Source: Candidatus Micrarchaeota archaeon (GTDB taxonomy: Archaea; B1Sed10-29; B47-G15). Taken from it: 10,734 nucleotides of DNA. Below are positions 1 through 6,662 of the stretch, piece by piece. Each line of letters starts with the position of its first letter. The stretch's first letter is position 1. The notes beneath the pieces were generated by a model. That model was not told the origin of the DNA. It did not search any database and worked only from the letters and a program-made list of their open reading frames with translations. The stretch covers positions 1 to 10,734 of the forward strand of contig QMVG01000015.1 in NCBI GenBank assembly GCA_003660975.1. The letters are read 5' to 3'. The position numbers were made by a program, and so were the translations under genes.

Positions 1-503
1 ATTTTATCGATTCGCCAGAGGAGAGATTTAATCTCACTTCTAAGTGGCATCTAGAGATTCTACCAGAGCTCAGAAAAATCTTCAAGGGCAAAATCATTGT
101 AAAACTTGCAGACCCCTCTGAGGATTTAAATCTATCTGGATATGATCTTATAGGGATTACTGTACGCCACGATGAAGTTCCTCTAGGAGAATTTAGAGGA
201 TACATAAGGAACAAATATGCCGATTTGGTAAGTTCTGCAAATGTATCAAGTGCTGATTGGCTTGTTTCAGAGGCATGGTTTCCCTACGGTGGGCCGTTTT
301 ATCCAACTACCAGTAACAGAGATGGGGAATCACTCGATGAGCTACAGGATGACTATTTTCAAATCTCCATAGAAGAACTCAAAAAATTTGAAGAAAATAA
401 ACCAAAAGGATTTATATTTTTAGCGTGGACTATGCCCGGAATGGATATCAGAAACAGGCCAGCTGAGCAAGTTCTCCACGATTTCTTTACCTCCATTAAT
501 TGA
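1..503 (+). CDS. 5'-truncated probable glycoside hydrolase, clan GH-A TIM barrel (GH113/GH5-like C-terminal half)
   Basis: Frame 3 is open from the window edge to TGA at 503; the ORF track shows only 225-503. Translation reads ...KWHLEILPELRKIFKGKIIV...YDLIGIT...WLVSEAWF...LQDDYF...KGFIFLAW...RPAEQVLHDFF. This resembles the strand 5-8 pattern of clan GH-A, with a candidate nucleophile Glu in VSEA. The family was assigned by eye. Confidence 0.55.
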   Translation, partial: FIDSPEERFNLTSKWHLEILPELRKIFKGKIIVKLADPSEDLNLSGYDLIGITVRHDEVPLGEFRGYIRNKYADLVSSANVSSADWLVSEAWFPYGGPFYPTTSNRDGESLDELQDDYFQISIEELKKFEENKPKGFIFLAWTMPGMDIRNRPAEQVLHDFFTSIN

Positions 504-556
504 ATGCTGCTTACTTGGTTGTTTGAAATACTGGATGAACTCTTTTATTAACATGG

Positions 557-643
557 TGAACATTTTGCAAATATGTGAAGTTTGGCATAAGCCAAATTTG
601 GGTGGAACGAACGAAGTGAGTGAAACTGCATATTTGCTGTTCA
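557..643 (-). repeat. attC-like imperfect palindrome (candidate gene-cassette recombination site)
   Basis: The minus strand reads TGAAC-A-GCAAATATG-C-AGTT...AACT-TCA-CATATTTGC-AAAAT-GTTCA. It has AAC/GTT outer cores, a perfect 9-bp inner inverted repeat (567-575/629-637), asymmetric spacers, extrahelical bases and an internal hairpin TTTGGC-ATAA-GCCAAA (581-596). It lies just downstream of the deaminase gene. Confidence 0.65.
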
Positions 644-665
644 ACGACCGAACAAAGTGAGGCAA

Positions 666-684
666 GCAAAATCTTTGATTTTGC
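666..684. repeat. Perfect 8-bp hairpin GCAAAATC-TTT-GATTTTGC
   Basis: Seen directly. It is part of the structured spacer between the deaminase stop and the attC-like site. Confidence 0.85.
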
Positions 685-725
685 GCAGAGTTGCAGATGC
701 TCGGTGGAGGGAACATTTTATGATT

Positions 726-1196
726 TCACTCCCATTTACCATCACTCCAAGGAGAAGGATAAAGATCTTTTATTTTGAATTTCCTAATTCTCTTAAATAG
801 AAAATTGAAATCCTTTTGTGTATTTTCAAAATATGCTCCAGCACATAAAACACTTGCTTTACCATTAGAAAATTCATAAATTATTGTTCTACATAATCCA
901 CAAGGCGTTAGGTTTCCTCCTTTTCCTATCGGACCTATAACCAATATTGAGTTTATCTTTGCTTTTTCTGTTTCATAAAAAACCATATTAGCAATTGCTA
1001 CTCTTTCAGCGCAAATAGTTGCAGACCCTAAATTTGAGATAAAAGGAGAACCTTCATAAATATTTCCACTATTAGATAAAACACAAGCATAATATGTATC
1101 ATATAAACCTTTTTTTCTTCTCCTCTCTAATAATTTTGGAAAATTCTTTTTCGCAAATTCAATAAGTTTCTTTTCATCTTTTGTAAATTTCACCAT
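726..1196 (-). CDS. Cytidine deaminase, homotetrameric three-Cys zinc type (Cdd/blasticidin-S deaminase-like)
   Basis: 156 aa with CAE (ATICAERVAI) and PCxxC (TPCGLCR) zinc motifs, plus the N-terminal ACVLSNSGNIYEG strand pattern. About 29% GC by hand count over 721-1200. Confidence 0.85.
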   Translation of the reverse strand: MVKFTKDEKKLIEFAKKNFPKLLERRRKKGLYDTYYACVLSNSGNIYEGSPFISNLGSATICAERVAIANMVFYETEKAKINSILVIGPIGKGGNLTPCGLCRTIIYEFSNGKASVLCAGAYFENTQKDFNFLFKRIRKFKIKDLYPSPWSDGKWE

Positions 1197-1341
1197 AAAT
1201 AGTTTTGTAAGTTTGTTTTATTTATTAACTTATCTTTTTTCTTTTAGGGCGGTCGGGTAGGGGAAGGGCATCTGCAATTTCGTTGAGCATGTATTTCATG
1301 CAATTTTTAATTGCGTAACTTCTCAAATAAACGATAGAAGT

Positions 1342-1458
1342 AACTATAAACATAAAGCAAAGCTTGTTTTGATGTTTCTTTACTATGCTGGTCTTCACTT
1401 AGGTAAGGCTAGAAATCTGAAACGACGAGATATAGACTTTAATAGAGCAGAACCGTAA
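1342..1458 (+). pseudogene. Tyrosine recombinase (Xer/IntI-like) box I fragment, inactivated
   Basis: Translates to NYKHKAKLVLMFLYYAGLHLGKARNLKRRDIDFNRAEP*, which matches the (H)xLxxxLYxxGLRxxExxNLKxxDIDF motif. The catalytic Arg position is His (CAC), the conserved Glu is Lys (AAG), and a stop follows at 1456-1458. It is not in the ORF track. Confidence 0.8.
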
Positions 1459-1460
1459 AA

Positions 1461-1476
1461 GCAAAATATTTTAAAT
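1461..1476 (+). promoter_or_regulatory. Archaeal BRE/TATA promoter of metG
   Basis: GCAAAATA-TTTTAAAT, ending about 38 nt upstream of the metG start. Confidence 0.55.
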
Positions 1477-1514
1477 GAAAAAAGAGCATAAGAAGTATAT
1501 AGCTTCTTTTAGAG

Positions 1515-3476
1515 GTGTTGAAATTCAAGTATATCGTAACATCAGCTCTGCCGTATGTAAATAATGTTCCTCACCTCGGCACTATCGTGGGATGCGTATT
1601 GCCGGCAGATGTATATTCAAGATACCTAAAACTGAAAGGTGAGGAATGCGTATATGTTTGCGGTACTGATGAGTATGGCACTCCTATTGCTGTCCAAGCA
1701 GAAAAAGAGGGCATAAGTCCGAAAGAGCTTTGTGACAAATATTATGAAATTCACAAAAAGGTTTACGAGGGCTTCAATATTAAATTTGATGTATTTTCAA
1801 GAACAAGCTCTCCGGAACACACAGAGCTGACCCAGTATTTCTACAATAAGCTCAAGAAGAAAGGTCATATCTATAAGAAGAAAGTGAAACAGTTATACTG
1901 CCCTAATTGCAAACGCTTTCTGCCTGATAGATATGTTATTGGCACCTGCCCTTACTGTGGTTATGAAAAGGCGAGAGGGGACCAGTGTGAGTCCTGTGGC
2001 AAGGTATTAGAACCATCCCAGTTATTAGATGCTAGGTGTAACATATGTAGTAACAAGCCTGTCTTGAAAGAAACAGAGCATTCATTTTTTAGGCTCTCTG
2101 CTTTTCAAAGGCAACTTAAAGAATGGATAGATAAAAACAAGCATTGGCCTGCTAATGCCAGGAGCTTTGCCTTGTCGTGGATAAGAGAGGGCCTCATAGA
2201 CAGGTCCATAACAAGAGATTTGGAATGGGGCGTTCCTTGTCCTGATGACCCCTCAAAAGTGATTTATGTCTGGTTCGATGCTCCAATAGGCTATATCACT
2301 TTCTCAAAACAGATAGGGAAGGAAGATTGGTGGAAAGATAAGAAAAACAGGATAGTCCATTTCATAGGAAAAGACAACATACCCTTCCATGCTATTATAT
2401 TCCCTGCTATGAATATGGGAGTAGGGGAATACATATTACCGTATCAAATAGCATCTGCTGAATACTTGAACTATGAAGGAGGCAAGTTCTCCAAATCAGA
2501 AGGTAGGGGAGTGTTTGGAGATGATGCATTAAAGCTATTTCCTGCTGATTATTGGAGATATGTGCTGATGTCAATGTATCCAGAAAACAGAGATGTGGAC
2601 TTCACATGGGAAGAATTTCAGAGAAAGGTAAACACTGAACTAAATGATGCCTTCGGTAATTTCGTCTATCGTGTAATAAGTTTTGTGCTGAGATTTCATG
2701 GAAGAGAGTTGGAAAAGCCAGAGCAATTCAGTGAAAAAGACAGGCAGATTGTCAACAAGGTTAAGGAGAGCTGCGCAAAAATTAACAAGCTGTATGAGAG
2801 CATAAAGTTAAAGGAAGCACTTCAAGAGATAATTGCCTTGGCGCGTCTGGGCAACCAGTACCTAAACGCAGAGGAACCATGGAAAAATAAGGACAGGGCG
2901 CAGAGTGTTATGTTTATATCTCTAAACATCGTAAAGACAATTGCCATATTAATAGAGCCGTTTCTCCCAGAAACTTCGGCTAAAATAAAGAAAGCCTTGA
3001 ACATTGAAGATATAGCATGGCACAAAGCTGCGGAATTGCTTGAATTTGGAAAAGTGGAGGCCATTGAGCCTTTATTTAGAAAGGTTGATGACAAGGAAGT
3101 AATTGAGTACAGGCAGAGATTCAGAAGCAAGGTTGAGGGGGTGAGAATCTTGGACACCGTCAGTTATGATGACTTCAAGAAGATGAAGCTAAAAGTGGCT
3201 GAGATAGTGAGTGTAGAGGACGTTGCAGGAGCAGATAAGCTGTACAAGCTCAGTATTGACATCGGAGGCGAGAAAAGAACACTAGTAGCAGGTCTGAAAG
3301 GAGATTATGACAAGGAGGAATTGCTAGGCAAGAAAATCATAGTTTTAACAAACCTAGAAGCTAAGAAAATAAGGGGCATTGAATCACAGGGCATGCTATT
3401 GGCTGCCGAGAAGGGAGATAAAGTCTCCTTGCTCACTGTTGATAGAAACATTGACAATGGAGCGGATGTTTTGTGA
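1515..3476 (+). CDS. metG: Methionine--tRNA ligase with C-terminal Trbp111/EMAPII-like tRNA-binding domain
   Basis: TSALPYVNNVPHLGT (HIGH), GTDEYG, four CxxC zinc-knuckle pairs, YVWFDAPIGY, HFIGKDN, KFSKS (KMSKS) and a C-terminal OB fold (DKLYKL...GIESQGMLLAA). The start is GTG 1515 or TTG 1518. Confidence 0.98.
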   Translation: MLKFKYIVTSALPYVNNVPHLGTIVGCVLPADVYSRYLKLKGEECVYVCGTDEYGTPIAVQAEKEGISPKELCDKYYEIHKKVYEGFNIKFDVFSRTSSPEHTELTQYFYNKLKKKGHIYKKKVKQLYCPNCKRFLPDRYVIGTCPYCGYEKARGDQCESCGKVLEPSQLLDARCNICSNKPVLKETEHSFFRLSAFQRQLKEWIDKNKHWPANARSFALSWIREGLIDRSITRDLEWGVPCPDDPSKVIYVWFDAPIGYITFSKQIGKEDWWKDKKNRIVHFIGKDNIPFHAIIFPAMNMGVGEYILPYQIASAEYLNYEGGKFSKSEGRGVFGDDALKLFPADYWRYVLMSMYPENRDVDFTWEEFQRKVNTELNDAFGNFVYRVISFVLRFHGRELEKPEQFSEKDRQIVNKVKESCAKINKLYESIKLKEALQEIIALARLGNQYLNAEEPWKNKDRAQSVMFISLNIVKTIAILIEPFLPETSAKIKKALNIEDIAWHKAAELLEFGKVEAIEPLFRKVDDKEVIEYRQRFRSKVEGVRILDTVSYDDFKKMKLKVAEIVSVEDVAGADKLYKLSIDIGGEKRTLVAGLKGDYDKEELLGKKIIVLTNLEAKKIRGIESQGMLLAAEKGDKVSLLTVDRNIDNGADVL

Positions 3477-3721
3477 AAAAAGCTGTGAGAAAGAAAAAGA
3501 CCACATTGAGAATAAATAATGAGGAGTTATATGCTGAAATAATAAGTTTGCAGGAAAAGGCAAACTTTATGAGTGAGAACATTGCTTCTATCACGAAACA
3601 CCTGCGTCTTATTGAAAAAAGGCTTGACGAGAACAAAAAATTGCTATACGCCCAGTTAATCATTCTGTTGTCAATTATCTCATTTATTGTGGGTGTTGTA
3701 ATAAGGCATTTCATTGGATAA
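3473..3721 (+). CDS. Small hypothetical protein: basic N-terminus, coiled coil, C-terminal transmembrane helix
   Basis: GTGA overlap with the metG stop suggests translational coupling. It has a heptad-like middle and a hydrophobic tail (LIILLSIISFIVGVVI). Confidence 0.7.
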   Translation: MKKAVRKKKTTLRINNEELYAEIISLQEKANFMSENIASITKHLRLIEKRLDENKKLLYAQLIILLSIISFIVGVVIRHFIG

Positions 3722-4025
3722 TTTCTGTGCCGTTCAAGCTGTTCAAAACTATTTTTCTTGCTTTTGCCAGGTCCATAAGTAGCTTTACCTCAAGTTCATT
3801 ATTGTCATTCAGAGTTATGTCTCCTATTAAACCAGTGTAATTAAGAATAAGATTGTCGGAAGAAACAGGAAGCTTCATCTCAGAGACAATTTTTCTTATG
3901 AGCTTGGCTGCACAGTCATCGCATACTCTAAAACTGTGCAGAACGGAGTTATCAACAGAATGCTCCTCTATGATCCAGTTTACTTTGGTTTCCTTGTTTT
4001 TCTTGCATATGCTACACATTACCAT
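3711..4025 (-). CDS. Hypothetical protein with N-terminal CxxC...CxxC zinc finger
   Basis: CSIC...CDDC. The start was moved to ATG 4025 (MVMCSIC) because a TATA box (TTTAAAT, 4053-4047) lies 21 nt upstream and the longer ORF would run through the divergent promoter region. Confidence 0.7.
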   Translation of the reverse strand: MVMCSICKKNKETKVNWIIEEHSVDNSVLHSFRVCDDCAAKLIRKIVSEMKLPVSSDNLILNYTGLIGDITLNDNNELEVKLLMDLAKARKIVLNSLNGTEIIQ

Positions 4026-4046
4026 TGCTGTTGTAAGGGATTGTGG

Positions 4047-4085
4047 ATTTAAAAATTTTACTAATCTGCCTAAAAAGTTATAAAG
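4047..4085. promoter_or_regulatory. Divergent pair of TATA boxes
   Basis: Minus strand AAAATT-TTTAAAT (TATA 4053-4047) and plus strand AAAAAG-TTATAAAG (TATA 4078-4085), each preceded by an A-rich BRE-like run. Confidence 0.6.
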
Positions 4086-4118
4086 CCCCATTACTTTTAT
4101 AGGAAAGAGGATGATGCC

Positions 4119-5390
4119 ATGATTTTAAACATCCCTGTGATTCCAACTTTGGCACTGATAAGTTTCATAGTGCTTTTGGGTTTCATAGGTGATGTTATCT
4201 TCAAAAAAACTAACGTGCCTTCAATGATATGGCTGATGCTTTTCGGTTTACTCGTGGGCCCTATCTTTGGTTTGCTTGACATAAATGTTATAGAGCTGCT
4301 AACACAATTTGCAGCTCTCTTTAGCACACTGGCAGTTATCATCATACTTTTTGATGGCGGCATAAACATGGACTTATACAAGCTCTTTAAAGGGGCGCCA
4401 AGAGGTCTGCTGTTAAGTGTTTCAACATTTGTGTTAAGTGTTTTTGCAGTTGCTCTGATATTGGTATTTTTTGGCTTTAGGACAATTGATGCTTTCCTTC
4501 TTGGGTCAGTAATAGGAGGCACAAGCTCGCCTATTGTTATCCCGATAATATTGAAAACAAAAGGTTTGAGAGAGAACACGAAGATTATCCTCTCAATAGA
4601 ATCTGCCATTACGGATGCAATGTGTATAGTGCTCGCAATGGCCATAATCCAGCTTATCATAATAGAGGAAAGCATTGGGGGGCCTGCATCTCTCGGCATA
4701 CTCATAAAAGAACTGGCGAGTACGTTTAGCATAGGTGCAATGATAGGGGTCAGTGCTGGCTTGATCTGGACACCGCTAATGCACAGGGTTATGAAAGAGA
4801 AATTTTCATATGTTGTCACGCTGAGCGTTCTCTTCTTGGTTTATATTATAACTGCTTCTATTGTTGGTTCGACTGGTGGTACTGCTGCTGGCGCAATCGC
4901 GTGCTTTATGTTTGGCATCGTCTTGGGAAATGGGAAGAAGATATTCAACATCATAAGATATTACCATATGGGCTTTGAGATGGACCCAAGGACAAAAGAA
5001 TACCATTCACTTATGGCCTTCCTCATAAGGACATTTTTCTTTGTTTATTTGGGCTTGATTGTCTCCATCAACAGCGTTGAGATTGTCATCCTGGGAGTGG
5101 TGCTGTCAGCAGTGCTCTTCTTCATACGTCCGATCACTGTGGCCCTATCAACGAGAGGGGCTAGTTACTTCAGGCCATTTGACAAAAAGATAATGACTGT
5201 CATGATGCCCAGAGGCCTGGCTGCCGCAGTACTTGCGTACCTGCCTTACCAAATGCTCGGCAATGACATATACAGAATATTCGCAGACATCACATTTGTA
5301 GTTATAATAAGCACTGCCATAATGAGCACTGTTGGTTTTGTTTATGTCATGAAAAAGAACAGTGAAAAAAGCATCGAGAAGGAGACCTAA
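4119..5390 (+). CDS. Cation:proton antiporter, CPA1/NhaP type
   Basis: 423 aa with about 12-13 hydrophobic segments. Motifs GLLVGP, ILFDGG, GGTSSPIV, ESAITD, FFFVYLG and PRGLAAAVLA. SD-like GAGGATGA upstream. Confidence 0.92.
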   Translation: MILNIPVIPTLALISFIVLLGFIGDVIFKKTNVPSMIWLMLFGLLVGPIFGLLDINVIELLTQFAALFSTLAVIIILFDGGINMDLYKLFKGAPRGLLLSVSTFVLSVFAVALILVFFGFRTIDAFLLGSVIGGTSSPIVIPIILKTKGLRENTKIILSIESAITDAMCIVLAMAIIQLIIIEESIGGPASLGILIKELASTFSIGAMIGVSAGLIWTPLMHRVMKEKFSYVVTLSVLFLVYIITASIVGSTGGTAAGAIACFMFGIVLGNGKKIFNIIRYYHMGFEMDPRTKEYHSLMAFLIRTFFFVYLGLIVSINSVEIVILGVVLSAVLFFIRPITVALSTRGASYFRPFDKKIMTVMMPRGLAAAVLAYLPYQMLGNDIYRIFADITFVVIISTAIMSTVGFVYVMKKNSEKSIEKET

Positions 5391-5602
5391 CGCCTTTTTC
5401 CTTTTTGCCTTTCGTCTTTTATTCCCCTGTGTCTAGCACAGGATTTGCAGACATAAACAGTCATTGGCTGGCCCCTGTATTTTATGCCTGCTTCATCATC
5501 ATAATAACCGAAGCTGTACTTTGTCGTTCTTATCATCTTTGATATGGGATATCTTTTACCACAGTATATGCAGGTCTTTAATTCTTCTCTCCCTCTGCCC
5601 AT
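5387..5602 (-). CDS. rps26e: 30S ribosomal protein eS26 (S26e)-like zinc-finger protein
   Basis: MGRGREELKTCIYCGKRYPISKMIR...VYVCKSCARHRGI fits the eS26 pattern GRGxxxxxxCxxCxxxxPxxKxI...CxSCAxHxxI. SD GGAAGTGA lies 5 nt before ATG 5602. Confidence 0.78.
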   Translation of the reverse strand: MGRGREELKTCIYCGKRYPISKMIRTTKYSFGYYDDEAGIKYRGQPMTVYVCKSCARHRGIKDERQKGKRR

Positions 5603-5641
5603 AGAAATCACTTCCGGCTATTATTTTGAACAATGTGCTTT

Positions 5642-6634
5642 TTATTGCTTTTGAACGTTTTTTAACGGCTTTGCGTCAATGCCCAGGCGCCTTTTTATCT
5701 GCCTCGCAAACTCATCCGTATAACCATGAACGGTGAAGACCTTGCTGGCCTGTGACCTCTCTACATAGTCAATCAATTGATTAAAATCAGAATGGCCGGA
5801 GAAAATGAAGCTTTTGTCCACCCCTTGTGAACGAAAGGAATAGTCTATAGCCCAGCCAGTACTAAGCGCCAACAAAACAGGTGATTTTGTTTGCTCTTTT
5901 ATAATCTTTTTAATCTCCGGCTTTACAAAGCGGCGGCTCATAACAGCAATAAAAGGCTTTTTTATGACTTCATCCCAGTCCTCTGATAATGGAGACACAT
6001 AATCCAAATTCAGACCGTGCTTTACATAAAGCTCGGAATAAGCAGCAATATCCCTGCTAACCAAAGGAGACAAAGAGATATTGTTTAATACTCTTATTAG
6101 CTCCTGTGCTTTGCCGAGTGCATAAGCTGAAAAGATAATGGTCTTTTCTTTATTTTCTTTAACCCAGCTTTCAATTTCCTCAACTACCTCTGCAACGCTG
6201 GGAAATACATATCTTGGATGCCCATATGTGGACTCAACTATTAGTATATCTGCTTCTGGTGGCTCACAAGCCTCATAAAATACAGAGCTTGCTGCTCTGA
6301 AATCTCCGGAATACAGGATAGATTCCCCATCTTCCTCTATCAAAAACTGCGCAGAACCGAGAATGTGCTTTGCATCATAGGCAGTAATGCTAATGCCGTC
6401 TAATTTGTATGTCTTTCCGTATTTGACTGTCTTTGGCTTCAATGACATGCCAGAAAGCTCAAATGTTGGGGAAGTCATTACTGTTTCGCTCTTATGTCCG
6501 GCCAAATGGTCTGAATGTGCATGGCTGATGGCTGCAAAGCCATCTTCTGGTTTTATTGCCTTTTTTGAATCAAGATAGAGCGTGGACTCCTTTCCTTCTA
6601 TGACAATGGCACTGCTCTTCTTGTAAACCTTCAT
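5642..6634 (-). CDS. Metallo-beta-lactamase fold, beta-CASP family nuclease (COG1236-like)
   Basis: Motifs LYLD, SHAHSDH, HILGS, YSGDF, ESTYG, YALGKAQE, SGHSD and TVHG. The likely start is ATG 6634, 20 nt downstream of a TTTAAACT box (6662-6655). Confidence 0.9.
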   Translation of the reverse strand: MKVYKKSSAIVIEGKESTLYLDSKKAIKPEDGFAAISHAHSDHLAGHKSETVMTSPTFELSGMSLKPKTVKYGKTYKLDGISITAYDAKHILGSAQFLIEEDGESILYSGDFRAASSVFYEACEPPEADILIVESTYGHPRYVFPSVAEVVEEIESWVKENKEKTIIFSAYALGKAQELIRVLNNISLSPLVSRDIAAYSELYVKHGLNLDYVSPLSEDWDEVIKKPFIAVMSRRFVKPEIKKIIKEQTKSPVLLALSTGWAIDYSFRSQGVDKSFIFSGHSDFNQLIDYVERSQASKVFTVHGYTDEFARQIKRRLGIDAKPLKNVQKQ

Positions 6635-6662
6635 ATAAAAGAAAAAGAGGGGCAAGTTTAAA

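Noticed and set aside
608-661. CGAAC(G/A)AAGTGAG repeated twice as a mini-CRISPR
   Set aside because: Only two 13-bp copies and no cas genes; better explained as subunits of the attC-like element.
420-716. 98-aa minus-strand ORF
   Set aside because: It runs through the palindromic element and overlaps the hydrolase antisense, and has no recognisable protein motif.
1490-1508. AAGAAG-N7-CTTCTT palindrome near the metG transcription start
   Set aside because: Only 6 bp in low-complexity sequence, with no other support for a regulatory role.
2822-5006. ORFs 2822-3157, 3433-3714, 3853-4083, 4097-4819 and 4806-5006
   Set aside because: Antisense shadows of better-supported genes.
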